Assembly: GCA_947631465.1 (NCBI GenBank)
Contig: CANRLK010000003.1
Span: 701 to 64,700, forward strand
Direction of reading: 5' to 3'
Length of the DNA stretch: 64,000 nt
Source: an uncultured Clostridia bacterium
Lineage (GTDB): Bacteria > Bacillota > Clostridia > Christensenellales > Borkfalkiaceae
Below, one piece after another: positions 34,702 to 44,437 of the stretch (the stretch's first letter is position 1; every line of letters starts with the position of its first letter). Made by a program: the position numbers and the translations under genes. Below the pieces are notes generated by a model that was not told where the DNA came from, did no database searches, and saw only the letters and a list, made by a program, of their open reading frames with translations.

Positions 34702-34784
34702 GCGAATCCATCTTGTAATAAAACTTTTTTGATGGCTTTGATGGCGACGCAGCAGATTGCTACGTCGCCTCATAATAATGAAAT

Positions 34785-35894
34785 ATGAAAAAGGAAACGG
34801 GACAATTTCATCGCGGCATTTTAGTCTCGCTTGCGGGGCTTTGCTGCAATGCCTTGCTTGCGGGGGCGAAGCTGTGCGCGGGGTTTTTGTCGGGGCTCGT
34901 CTCGGTCGTTGCCGACGGCTTCAACAACCTCTCCGACTGCGGCAGTTGTCTCATTTCTTTGGTCTCTTTCCGCATAGCGGAAAAGCCCGCCGATGAAAAG
35001 CATCCGTTCGGGCATCAGCGCGCGGAGTATATCGCCGCGCTCCTCATCGCCTTTCTCGTACTCGCGCTGTCCTTGGCGCTGCTGCGCGAATCGATTTCCC
35101 GTATTGCGTTAAAGAGCGAGGCGGTCGCGGAGCTGTATCTCTTTCCCGTGCTCGGCGTATCGCTCTTTGTCAAGGCGGGCATGGGCGGATTTTATGCGTA
35201 TCATGCGAAGAAAATGAAGTCGGAAGCCCTTCGTGCGGCGGCGATCGATTCCGCCTGCGACTGTCTTTCGACGGGGGCAGCGCTTCTCGGCGCGCTTTTG
35301 TCCCGCTTTTCCCTGCCCTATGCGGACGCAATCATCGGACTTTTGGTCGCGCTCTTCATTTTGTACCAAGGGGGGAAGATCTTGGCGGACGCAAGTTCCA
35401 AACTGCTCGGGCAAGCGCCCGACCGGGAGCTTGTGTCGGAGATCAAGGCGCGCATTTTGCAAGAGGACGGGGTTTTGGGGCTGCACGATCTCAAAATCTA
35501 TCCCCTGGGCGCGTACAAGAAGGTCGGGACGGTGCACATCGAATGCGATGCGAAAGAGGACGCGCTGGTCTCGCATGAGCGGCTCGACAAGATCGAGCGG
35601 GCGGTCAAGGAGGAGTTCGGCGTGGAGCTCACGGCGCATTTAGACCCCGTCGCGCTCGACGACGAGGAGAAGAGCGAACTCGAACAGCGCGTCCGAGCGG
35701 CGGTGGAGGGCATGGCGGACGATATGGACATCCATGATTTCCGCATTGTGCGGGGCGCGCGGGTCAAGCTCGTGTTCGAAGTGGGCATTCCGTTTTCGAG
35801 CAAGCTCGACGAGGGGGAGCTCAAAAGCGACATTTGCCGCGTCGTGAAGGTTTTGGGCGATTTTGAGCCCGTCGTCACGGTGGAAAGGGAATAA
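34785..35894 (+). CDS. Cation diffusion facilitator family transporter
   Basis: It has 6 TM segments, the sequence ADGFNNLSDC and a C-terminal dimerisation domain. No SD is present. CATAAT lies 8 nt upstream of the ATG. Confidence 0.88.
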   Translation: MKKETGQFHRGILVSLAGLCCNALLAGAKLCAGFLSGLVSVVADGFNNLSDCGSCLISLVSFRIAEKPADEKHPFGHQRAEYIAALLIAFLVLALSLALLRESISRIALKSEAVAELYLFPVLGVSLFVKAGMGGFYAYHAKKMKSEALRAAAIDSACDCLSTGAALLGALLSRFSLPYADAIIGLLVALFILYQGGKILADASSKLLGQAPDRELVSEIKARILQEDGVLGLHDLKIYPLGAYKKVGTVHIECDAKEDALVSHERLDKIERAVKEEFGVELTAHLDPVALDDEEKSELEQRVRAAVEGMADDMDIHDFRIVRGARVKLVFEVGIPFSSKLDEGELKSDICRVVKVLGDFEPVVTVERE

Positions 35895-35955
35895 ACGGAC
35901 AACTTTTTTCGCGCAAGAGTTTGCTTTTCTTGCGCGTTTATGCTATAATTTGACC

Positions 35956-36651
35956 ATGAAAGTGTTTGCCGTCAGCGATCTTCATCTTTCGGGCAAGGCG
36001 GATAAGCCGATGAACGTGTTCGGGCCCGATTGGGAAGGACATTTCGAGAAAATCAAGGCCGATTGGCGCAAAAAAGTGACGGACGACGACGTCGTACTGC
36101 TTTCGGGCGACACCTCTTGGGGAATGTATCTCGACGAGGGCATGTACGATGTTCAAAGCCTTGCCCCGCTTCCCGGGAAAAAGGTATTCATCCGCGGCAA
36201 CCACGACTTTTGGTGGAACGGCATCACGCGGGTCCGCGCCGCCGCGCCCGATCCCTCGTTCGTGTTTTTGCAGAACGACTGCGTCAAGATCGAAAATCTC
36301 GTCATTGTGGGTTCGCGCGGCTGGTCCTGCCCTGGGTCAACGGGCTTTACCGAGCACGATATGACGCTGTATCTTCGCGAGGGCGAGCGCTTTCGGCTGT
36401 GTTTCCGCGAAGTGCAGAAGGTCAAAAAAGAGGGAGATCTTTTGATCGCGCTCATTCACTTCCCGCCCTTTTCCGTCAAGCTCGAAGACACCGTGTTTAC
36501 CGAACTGTTCGAGGAAAACGGCGTCAACAAGGTCGTGTTCGGGCATTTGCACGGCGCGGGGTATTTCCCGCTCAAAAGCGAGAAAGGGGGCATTGAATAC
36601 TATCTCACATCCTGCGACAAGACCAACTTTTCGCTCGTCAGGATCGTTTAG
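35956..36651 (+). CDS. Metallophosphoesterase
   Basis: It carries VSDLHL, GDTSW and GNHDFWW. TTGCTT-17-TATAAT ends 6 nt before the ATG, with no SD. Confidence 0.88.
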   Translation: MKVFAVSDLHLSGKADKPMNVFGPDWEGHFEKIKADWRKKVTDDDVVLLSGDTSWGMYLDEGMYDVQSLAPLPGKKVFIRGNHDFWWNGITRVRAAAPDPSFVFLQNDCVKIENLVIVGSRGWSCPGSTGFTEHDMTLYLREGERFRLCFREVQKVKKEGDLLIALIHFPPFSVKLEDTVFTELFEENGVNKVVFGHLHGAGYFPLKSEKGGIEYYLTSCDKTNFSLVRIV

Positions 36652-36668
36652 ATACCAAAGGAGAAACC

Positions 36669-37592
36669 ATGAAAGAAAAAGACTTGTTGGGACTTTTGGA
36701 GCTGCCCGCGGAGGAGATCGACGAACTTCTCACCCTCGGCATGAAGATGAAAGAGCGATTGCGGCGGGGGGACAAGTCCTTGACGACGCTTGCGGGGAAG
36801 TCGGTCGTGACCCTCTTTTACGAGAACAGCACCCGCACCCGCACGTCGTTTGAACTCGCCGCCAAATTCATGGGGGCGCAGGTCGTCAACATCTCGGCCT
36901 CGTCCTCGTCCGTGCAAAAGGGGGAGACCCTCGTCGATACGGGCAAGACCCTCGACGCGATGAAAAACGACGTCATCGTCATCCGTCATCCGATGGGCGG
37001 CGCACCGCATTTGCTCGCAAAGACGGTCAAGGCGCACGTCGTCAACGCGGGCGACGGCATGAACGAGCACCCCTCGCAGGCGCTGCTCGATATGCTCACC
37101 ATGCGCGAAAACTTCGGAAAGATCGAGGGCTTGAAGGTCGCGATCTTGGGCGACATCCGCCATTCGCGCGTTGCAAAGAGCAATTTATTCGGGCTGAAAA
37201 AGCTCGGCGCGGAAGTTTCGATGTACGCGCCAAAGACCTTGATCCCCGAAGGACTCGACAAGATGGGCGCAAAGATTTGCTCGTCGCGGGAAGAGGCGGT
37301 CGAGGGCGCGGACGTCGTGATGGGGCTGAGGATCCAGCTCGAACGGCAAAAGGGCGGCAATTTCCCCTCGCTCGGGGAGTACGCCAAATATTACGGCGCA
37401 AACGAAGAACTCATGAAATACGCAAAGAAGGGCGCGCTCGTCATGCACCCGGGACCTGTCAACCGCGGCGTGGAGCTCACCTGCGGGCTCATCGACGGCG
37501 AAACCAGCCGCATCGAGGATCAAGTTCTCTCGGGCGTTGCCGTCCGCATGGCGATCTTGACTCTTCTCACGGAGGAAAAGAGAGTATGCTGA
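36669..37592 (+). CDS. pyrB: Aspartate carbamoyltransferase catalytic subunit
   Basis: It carries FYENSTRTR, HPSQ and HPGP. Confidence 0.97.
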   Translation: MKEKDLLGLLELPAEEIDELLTLGMKMKERLRRGDKSLTTLAGKSVVTLFYENSTRTRTSFELAAKFMGAQVVNISASSSSVQKGETLVDTGKTLDAMKNDVIVIRHPMGGAPHLLAKTVKAHVVNAGDGMNEHPSQALLDMLTMRENFGKIEGLKVAILGDIRHSRVAKSNLFGLKKLGAEVSMYAPKTLIPEGLDKMGAKICSSREEAVEGADVVMGLRIQLERQKGGNFPSLGEYAKYYGANEELMKYAKKGALVMHPGPVNRGVELTCGLIDGETSRIEDQVLSGVAVRMAILTLLTEEKRVC

Positions 37593-38857
37593 TCAAAAAC
37601 GCGCAAGTTGTCTTGAAAAATACCGTAAAAGTCACCGATCTTCGCATCGAGGCGGGCAAGATCCAAAGGATCAAAAAGGACCTCATCCCGAAAAAGGGCG
37701 AGACGGTTCTAAACTGTGAAGGTTTCACGGTCTTTCCCGGGCTCGTCGATATGCACGTCCATCTCCGCGAACCGGGATTTGAGCGCAAAGAGGACATTGC
37801 AAGCGGCTGCCGCGCCGCCGTCAAGGGGGGATTTACCCAGATCTGCTGCATGCCCAATACCGAGCCCGTCGCGGACAACAAGGTCGTTGTCTCCTACATC
37901 AAACATCGCGGCGAAGAGGTGGGACTTTGCAAAGTTCGCCCGATCGGCGCGATCACCAAGGGGCAAAAGGGCGAAGATCTCGCGCCCATCGGCGGTATGA
38001 AGGCGGCGGGGGCGGTCGCGATCTCCGAGGACGGAAAGAGCGTTGCAAACTCCAAGCTCATGGCAAACGCCATGCAGTATGCCTCGGATTTCGGCATCAA
38101 ATGCCTCTGCCACTGCGAGGACGCAACGCTCTCGGACGGCGGGGTCGTCAACGAAGGGTTTTATTCGACCCTCACGGGCTTGAAGGGCATTCTCCGCGCC
38201 GCCGAGGACGTGATGATCGCCCGTGACATTTGTCTTGCGGAAAATTTGTCTTTGCCCGTCCATATTTGTCATGTTTCGACGAAGAGCGGCGTACAGCTCA
38301 TCCGCGAGGCGAAGGCGCGCGGCGTCCAGGTGACGGCGGAGACCTGTCCGCACTATTTCGCGCTCAACGATTCCGTCATCGCCTCGTATGATACGAACAC
38401 CAAGGTCAATCCGCCTCTCCGCGCGGAAGAGGACAGGCTCGCGGTCATCGAAGGGCTGAGGGACGGCACGCTCGATGCGATCGTGACCGACCATGCGCCC
38501 CACCACGAGGACGACAAAAACGTCGAGTACAACCTGGCGGCGTTCGGGATCAGCGGGCTCGAAACGAGTTTTGCGCTCGCCTATACCCTGCTTGTAAGGT
38601 CTGGCGTGCTCGGGCTGAACGCGCTTGCGAAAAAGATGAGCGAAAATCCCTGCAAGATCTTGTCGATCGAGGGCGGCGCGATCGAAGAGGGCGCGCCCGC
38701 CGATCTTACGATCGCGGACTTGAACGAGGAATGGAAGGTGGACAAAAATAAATTCGTCTCGAAGGGCAAGAACACCCCGTTCGACGGGTGGAAGCTGTTC
38801 GGGAAGATCAAATATACGCTCGTGGACGGCACGATCAAATACGAGGAGCAAAAATGA
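37586..38857 (+). CDS. pyrC: Dihydroorotase
   Basis: It carries DMHVHLREPG and DHAPH. The start overlaps the pyrB stop. The tracked ORF 37277-38857 is an upstream extension. Confidence 0.95.
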   Translation: MLIKNAQVVLKNTVKVTDLRIEAGKIQRIKKDLIPKKGETVLNCEGFTVFPGLVDMHVHLREPGFERKEDIASGCRAAVKGGFTQICCMPNTEPVADNKVVVSYIKHRGEEVGLCKVRPIGAITKGQKGEDLAPIGGMKAAGAVAISEDGKSVANSKLMANAMQYASDFGIKCLCHCEDATLSDGGVVNEGFYSTLTGLKGILRAAEDVMIARDICLAENLSLPVHICHVSTKSGVQLIREAKARGVQVTAETCPHYFALNDSVIASYDTNTKVNPPLRAEEDRLAVIEGLRDGTLDAIVTDHAPHHEDDKNVEYNLAAFGISGLETSFALAYTLLVRSGVLGLNALAKKMSENPCKILSIEGGAIEEGAPADLTIADLNEEWKVDKNKFVSKGKNTPFDGWKLFGKIKYTLVDGTIKYEEQK

Positions 38858-39753
38858 TATTCGACAAATTGATCGATAAGATCGTATCGATGCAAAACCC
38901 GACCTGTGTGGGACTTGACACGTCCTTCGACTACTTGCCCGAATCGATGCGGGCAGGGGTCAAGGACTTTGAAAGCGCGTCCAAGGCGGTATTTGCCTTC
39001 AACAAGGGCATTGTGGACTGCGTGTGCGACATCGTGCCCGCGGTCAAGGTCCAGATCGCCTATTATGAGGCGCTCGGCGCAAGCGGCATGGACTGTTTTG
39101 AAAAGACTTGCGCGTATGCAAAGGAGAAGGGGTTATTCGTCATTGCGGACGCCAAGCGGAACGACATCGGCGCGACGGCTTCCCGCTATGCCGAGGCATT
39201 CCTGGGCGAAGGAGGATTCGGACGGGCGTTTGCGGCGGACATGCTCACCGTCAACGCCTATTTGGGTTCGGACGGCGTCCTGCCCTTCCTCGAAGAGTGC
39301 AAGGCGCGCGACAAGGGCATTTTCGTGCTTGTCAAGACGAGCAATCCCTCGTCGGGGGAACTGCAAAACCTGAAACTTTCGGACGGACGCACCGTCTATG
39401 AATGTATGGGCGACATGACAAAGACCTGGGGGGAAGGAACGCAAGGGGAATACGGGTTCACCCGCGTCGGCGCGGTCGTCGGGGCGACCTATCCCGAAGA
39501 GGCAAAAATTTTGCGCGAGCGGCTTCCCGATACCTTTTTCTTAATTCCGGGTTATGGAGCGCAGGGAGCGGGCGCGGACATGCTCAAAAATTGTTTCAAA
39601 AAAGGCGGGCGCGGCGGCATCGTCAACAATTCGCGCGGCATTCTCTGCGCCTATAAAAAGCGCGGGGGAGATCATTTCGAAGCGGCGCGCGCGGCGGCGA
39701 TCGACATGCAAAAAGACCTTTTGTCGACCTTGGGGGAACTATGCGCGAGGTAA
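38854..39753 (+). CDS. pyrF: Orotidine-5'-phosphate decarboxylase (type 2)
   Basis: It contains VGLD and DAKRNDIGAT. An ATGA overlap links it to pyrC. Confidence 0.92.
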   Translation: MIFDKLIDKIVSMQNPTCVGLDTSFDYLPESMRAGVKDFESASKAVFAFNKGIVDCVCDIVPAVKVQIAYYEALGASGMDCFEKTCAYAKEKGLFVIADAKRNDIGATASRYAEAFLGEGGFGRAFAADMLTVNAYLGSDGVLPFLEECKARDKGIFVLVKTSNPSSGELQNLKLSDGRTVYECMGDMTKTWGEGTQGEYGFTRVGAVVGATYPEEAKILRERLPDTFFLIPGYGAQGAGADMLKNCFKKGGRGGIVNNSRGILCAYKKRGGDHFEAARAAAIDMQKDLLSTLGELCAR

Positions 39754-40493
39754 TTGCAAGCGTCCTCGAAAATGTCCGTCTCACGAGGGATGTGTATTCG
39801 CTCACCTTCGCCTGTGACGAAAAGATCAAGGCGCGCCCCGGGCAGTTCGCAATGATCGGCGTGTCGGGATTCCCGCTTCGAAGGCCTCTTGCGATCTGCA
39901 AGTCGGAAGGGGAGCGGTTCACCGTCTGCTACCGCTTAAAGGGCGAGGGGACGAGACGGCTCGCTTTTGACTATAAAATCGGCGAAAAGCTCTCGGTGCT
40001 TCTTCCGCTCGGGAACGGATTTTTCGTCGGGGAAGAGGAGAAAAAGGTCGCCGTGGTCGGCGGGGGCGCGGGCGTCTTTCCGCTCATCTCCGCCATCCGT
40101 GAGTACGCGCAGAGCAAGGAAATCTACGCCTATATGGGCTTTGCGTCCGCGGACGCCGTCTGCATGGAGTACGAAATGCGGCGGGCGAAGTCGCTCTCGG
40201 TCGCGACGGACGACGGCTCGATGGGCTTTCACGGCACGGCGGTGCAGGCGCTGCTCTCGGAGATCGGCGAGGTAAAACCCGACGTGATTTTGAGCTGCGG
40301 ACCGCTTCCGATGCTCCGCGCGCTGAAAGAAGCCGTTGCGGGAAAGAACATTCCGACTTATGTTTCTTTGGAAGAGCGGATGGGCTGCGGCATCGGGGCT
40401 TGTCTTGTGTGCGTCTGCGACAAGACGGACGGCAAACATGCGCGGGTCTGCAAGGACGGACCTGTATTCGAGATCTCGGAGATCTCGTTATAA
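39741..40493 (+). CDS. pyrK: Dihydroorotate dehydrogenase electron-transfer subunit
   Basis: It has an FAD/NAD-binding fold and the C-terminal [2Fe-2S] motif CGIGACLVCVC. Confidence 0.9.
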   Translation: MREVIASVLENVRLTRDVYSLTFACDEKIKARPGQFAMIGVSGFPLRRPLAICKSEGERFTVCYRLKGEGTRRLAFDYKIGEKLSVLLPLGNGFFVGEEEKKVAVVGGGAGVFPLISAIREYAQSKEIYAYMGFASADAVCMEYEMRRAKSLSVATDDGSMGFHGTAVQALLSEIGEVKPDVILSCGPLPMLRALKEAVAGKNIPTYVSLEERMGCGIGACLVCVCDKTDGKHARVCKDGPVFEISEISL

Positions 40494-41417
40494 TTGAAAA
40501 AAGAAGTTATGGTCGATTTAAGCGTAAAAATTTGCGGCGTGGAATTCAAAAATCCCGTCATTCCCGCGTCGGGGACGTTTGGATTCGGCAGGGAATTTGC
40601 CGAGATCTACGACATCTCCTGTTTGGGCGCGGTGGCGACGAAGGGGCTCACCCTCGAAGAGCGGCTGGGCAATCCCGTCCCCCGTATTGCGGAGAGCCGC
40701 GGCGTGATCCTCAACGCCGTGGGACTGCAAAACCCCGGGGTCGAGCACTTTATCAAAGAGGACCTCGCCTTTTTGAAGGCGCGGACGCGCGTCATCGCCA
40801 ATGTCGCGGGCAGCAGTTTGAGCGACTATGAGAAGATCTGCGCGCGGCTCGACGGGCTCGTCGATTTCATCGAGCTCAACATCTCCTGTCCCAACGTCAA
40901 ATGCGGCGGCATGGCGTTCGGGATCAAGCCCGAGAGCGTCAAAGAGGTCACCCGTATCGCAAAAAGCGCGCTCAAAACGACGCCGCTCATCGTCAAACTC
41001 TCGCCCAACGTCGAGAGCATTTCCAAAAACGCGCAGGCGGCGGAAGAAGGCGGCGCGGATTGTCTGTCCCTCATCAATACTTTGACGGGCATGGCGATCG
41101 ACGTGGAGACGCGGCGGCCCGTCCTCTTCAACAACACGGGCGGGGTCTCGGGCGCGGGGGTCAAGCCCATCGCCCTCCGCATGGTCTATGAGGCGAGCCA
41201 TGCGACGAGCCTTCCCGTCATCGGCATGGGCGGGATCTGCTGCGGCAGAGACGTCGTCGAGTTCCTGCTCGCGGGCGCGGCCGCCGTCCAGGTCGGAACG
41301 CACAACTTTTCGGATACCCTCGCCTGCCCCAAGATCATCGAGCAGCTCCGCCGATTCATGGAGACGCACGGCGTGGAGCATGTCACGGAGCTCACGGGCG
41401 CGCTCAAACTCAATTAA
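40494..41417 (+). CDS. pyrD: Dihydroorotate dehydrogenase B catalytic subunit (start is TTG at 40494 or ATG at 40509)
   Basis: It carries NPVIPASGTFGFG, ELNISCPN and GGVSG. Confidence 0.95.
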   Translation: MKKEVMVDLSVKICGVEFKNPVIPASGTFGFGREFAEIYDISCLGAVATKGLTLEERLGNPVPRIAESRGVILNAVGLQNPGVEHFIKEDLAFLKARTRVIANVAGSSLSDYEKICARLDGLVDFIELNISCPNVKCGGMAFGIKPESVKEVTRIAKSALKTTPLIVKLSPNVESISKNAQAAEEGGADCLSLINTLTGMAIDVETRRPVLFNNTGGVSGAGVKPIALRMVYEASHATSLPVIGMGGICCGRDVVEFLLAGAAAVQVGTHNFSDTLACPKIIEQLRRFMETHGVEHVTELTGALKLN

Positions 41418-41441
41418 AAACCTTTTTCGAAGGAGAGACCA

Positions 41442-42095
41442 ATGCAGGAATACAAGAGAAGTTTTATCAAATTCATGGTGGAAAACGAAGTGCTGCTCTT
41501 CGGGGATTTTACCCTCAAAAGCGGCAGGAAAGCGCCCTATTTCATCAATGCGGGCAAATATCGCACGGGCGCGCAGATCGCAAGGCTCGGCGAGTACTAC
41601 GCCAATTGCTATCTCGATCACGGCGTGAAGGCAAAGACCCTCGTAGGCCCTGCCTATAAGGGCATTCCGCTCGCCGTCGCGACCGCCTACGCCCTCTCCC
41701 AAAACCACGGCGTGGACGTCGGGTTCTGCTTCGACCGCAAGGAGGTCAAGGACCACGGCGAAGGCGGCATGTTCGTGGGACAGACCCTTCAAGAGGGGGA
41801 CGAAGTCTGTATCATCGAGGACGTGATGACCTCGGGCAAGGCGCTCCGCGAGATCTTGCCCAAGATCAGACAGGAGGCAAACGTCCATGTCGGGTCGATG
41901 ATCATCTCGGTCGACCGCCAGGAAAAGGGCACGGGCGAAAAGTCCGCGGTCAAAGAGGCGTTCGACGAGTTCGGCGTCTCGGTCTATCCCATCGTCACGA
42001 TGGAAGAGATCCTGGAAGCCATCGAAAACGGCGACATCGGCGGCGCGGAATACCTCGGCGCGCTCAAAGAGTACAGAAAACAATACGGCGCATAA
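41442..42095 (+). CDS. pyrE: Orotate phosphoribosyltransferase
   Basis: The PRPP-binding loop is VCIIEDVMTSG. Confidence 0.95.
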   Translation: MQEYKRSFIKFMVENEVLLFGDFTLKSGRKAPYFINAGKYRTGAQIARLGEYYANCYLDHGVKAKTLVGPAYKGIPLAVATAYALSQNHGVDVGFCFDRKEVKDHGEGGMFVGQTLQEGDEVCIIEDVMTSGKALREILPKIRQEANVHVGSMIISVDRQEKGTGEKSAVKEAFDEFGVSVYPIVTMEEILEAIENGDIGGAEYLGALKEYRKQYGA

Positions 42096-42111
42096 ACGGC
42101 GCATTGAAAAG

Positions 42112-42140
42112 AAAGGGCTTGCAAGGCAAGCCCTTTTTCG
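42112..42140. terminator. Intrinsic terminator in a convergent gap
   Basis: AAAGGGCTTGC-aag-GCAAGCCCTTT is followed by TTCGCGTTTC. Confidence 0.85.
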
Positions 42141-42179
42141 CGTTTCGGAATTTGTTGCGGTCGTACGGCTGCGCTGTTT

Positions 42180-42836
42180 TTAAGCCTCGGTCAAGACGGC
42201 GGAGGCGAGTTCCAAGAGACGGTTGTTCTCATGAGCGCGGCGAAGGGTTTCCGCGGTGACGCGCTCTCCCGCGGACAAGAGCCCGCCGATCTCCCGCTGC
42301 GCCTGCTTGCCGAGAAGGTCGGTTCGGTATTTGACCGTGTTTTGGGGGCGGTCGTCCTGCAAAGAGGGAAGGGGCGCGGGGGCGCGGTCGTCCTTGGAGA
42401 CGGGACGGGGCTTTGAGGGGGATTTTTTGACCTTTTGGGGGCGGCTTCCGCGGACGATGACGCACTCGCCCGCGGAGATCTTCTTTGCGGGGTACTGTTT
42501 TTCGCCGAATGCGCCGACGACGGTCAAAACGCCGCAAGGACCGTCGGTCAAGGCGCTTGCCGCGCCGAGAAATGCGCCGTCTTCGTCATAGACCGCCTTT
42601 CCGACGGGACAGGGCACGCCCGAGGGGGATTGCTTTTTGAAGGCTTCGACGACGATCGCGTCGCCGATGCGTTTGATTGCGGTCGCGGGCAGATAAAATT
42701 CCTCTTCTTCCGCGTCCGCGCAGGCGAGAAAGAGCAGAGAGGAGAGGTCCTCGCTCAAAAGCAGTCCCCTCACATAGCCTTGCACCGCGCCGCTCTCGCT
42801 TAAAAGCGGCTTTGAAATGAGCATTGAATATTCCAT
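42180..42836 (-). CDS. PRC-barrel-like protein (YlmC/YmxH-related) with a Pro/Lys-rich linker
   Basis: It has two PRC-barrel-like segments and the SD AGAGG. The tracked ORF extends 78 codons upstream, through the gap promoter. Confidence 0.6.
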   Translation of the reverse strand: MEYSMLISKPLLSESGAVQGYVRGLLLSEDLSSLLFLACADAEEEEFYLPATAIKRIGDAIVVEAFKKQSPSGVPCPVGKAVYDEDGAFLGAASALTDGPCGVLTVVGAFGEKQYPAKKISAGECVIVRGSRPQKVKKSPSKPRPVSKDDRAPAPLPSLQDDRPQNTVKYRTDLLGKQAQREIGGLLSAGERVTAETLRRAHENNRLLELASAVLTEA

Positions 42837-43063
42837 GATCGTTACCTCTTGCCCTACTTTACGCGCCGAGGCGTAAAAACTTTTTTGGGAAAAACGGGGA
42901 ACGGCGGCGCATTTTGTCGGAGAAAAAATTTCATCGAAGGAAAACGGTCGGAAACGAAGAAAAGGAAGGCAAAAACATTGACTTGTTTTCCGAAATGTGC
43001 TAAAATGGCAAAAGACAGAAAAGGCGCAAAGAGAATGCACCAAAATCGGAGGTTTATGGAAAC

Positions 43064-44086
43064 ATGGCAAACGTAAGAGTAGCGATCAACGGCTTCGGCA
43101 GGATCGGACGGCTCGCCTTCCGCCAGATGTTCGGCGCAGAGGGGTATGAGATCGTCGCGATCAACGACTTGACAAGTCCGAGTATGCTCGCCCATCTACT
43201 CAAATACGATTCGGCGCAGGGAAGATACGAACACGCCGACAGCGTCACGAGCGACGATGAGGCGGGAACGATCACCGTCCTCAACAAGACCATCACGATC
43301 TACAAGGAAAAGGAAGCGCAGAATCTTCCTTGGGGAGAGATCGGGGTGGACGTCGTACTCGAATGCACGGGATTCTACTGCTCCAAGGAAAAAGCGCAGG
43401 CGCACATTGCGGCGGGCGCGAAGAAAGTCGTCATCTCCGCTCCCGCGGGGAAAGATCTCCCCACGATCGTGTTCGGGGTCAACGAAAACACGCTCAAAAA
43501 GACGGATACGGTCATCTCGGCAGCCTCTTGCACGACCAACTGCCTTGCGCCGATGGCGAACGCCCTTCATAAGACCTTCCCCATCCAATCGGGCATCATG
43601 ACGACCGTTCACGCCTACACGGGCGATCAAATGATCCTCGACGGACCTCACCGCAAGGCAGACCTTCGCAGGGCGCGCGCCGCTGCGATCAACATCGTTC
43701 CCAACTCGACGGGCGCGGCAAAGGCGATCGGGCTCGTCATTCCCGAGCTCGACGGCAAGCTCATCGGCTCTGCGCAGCGCGTTCCCGTCGCGACGGGCTC
43801 GACGACCATTCTCGTCGCCGTCGTCAAGGGCAAGGACGTCACCGTCGCCGCCGTCAATGACGCGATGAAAAACGCCGCTTCCGCTTCCTTCGGCTATACC
43901 GAGGAACTGCTCGTCTCTTCGGACGTGATCGGCATGAGGTACGGCTCGCTCTTCGACGCCACCCAGACGATGGTCGCCAAGATCGACGAGGAGACCTATC
44001 AAGTTCAGGTCGTCGCTTGGTACGACAACGAAAATTCTTACACCAGCCAAATGGTCCGCACGATCAAATACTTCGCGGAACTTTAA
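43064..44086 (+). CDS. gap: Glyceraldehyde-3-phosphate dehydrogenase
   Basis: It carries INGFGRIGR and SCTTNCLAP. The promoter TTGACT...TGCTAAAAT lies upstream. Confidence 0.97.
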   Translation: MANVRVAINGFGRIGRLAFRQMFGAEGYEIVAINDLTSPSMLAHLLKYDSAQGRYEHADSVTSDDEAGTITVLNKTITIYKEKEAQNLPWGEIGVDVVLECTGFYCSKEKAQAHIAAGAKKVVISAPAGKDLPTIVFGVNENTLKKTDTVISAASCTTNCLAPMANALHKTFPIQSGIMTTVHAYTGDQMILDGPHRKADLRRARAAAINIVPNSTGAAKAIGLVIPELDGKLIGSAQRVPVATGSTTILVAVVKGKDVTVAAVNDAMKNAASASFGYTEELLVSSDVIGMRYGSLFDATQTMVAKIDEETYQVQVVAWYDNENSYTSQMVRTIKYFAEL

Positions 44087-44103
44087 GCGCAAAGAGAAAA
44101 TTT

Positions 44104-44140
44104 CGCCGCTCCCGAAAAACGGGAGCGGCGTTTTGCGTTT
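44104..44140 (+). terminator. Intrinsic terminator
   Basis: CGCCGCTCCCG-aaaaa-CGGGAGCGGCG is followed by TTTTGCGTTT. Confidence 0.9.
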
Positions 44141-44188
44141 GCCGAACTTTTTTATTTTTTCCCGCGCCCGCGCATACAATAGAGGGAT

Positions 44189-44437
44189 ATGGAACTTTTC
44201 AAAGAAATTTCGAGATCGCTCAAAGCGGAGACGGGCGCGGGCGTCTCTTTTACCGTCCTCGAAGGGGGCGGATATTTTCAAAACGTCAAGCGCATCGAGG
44301 AGTTTTCGAGCGAAACCATCCTGCTGCGCGGGAAAAAGGGGAAGGTGCGGCTCATCGGCAGAGATCTGTCCCTTTCCAAATATTATGCGGGCGACGTTGC
44401 GGTGCTCGGCGAGATCTTGAAAGTGGAGAGGGAATGA
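44189..44437 (+). CDS. yqfC: Sporulation protein YqfC (YabP/YqfC family)
   Basis: It is 82 aa and its sequence (..FTVLEGGGYFQNVKRIEEFSSETILL..) is YabP-like. It lies directly upstream of yqfD. Confidence 0.85.
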   Translation: MELFKEISRSLKAETGAGVSFTVLEGGGYFQNVKRIEEFSSETILLRGKKGKVRLIGRDLSLSKYYAGDVAVLGEILKVERE

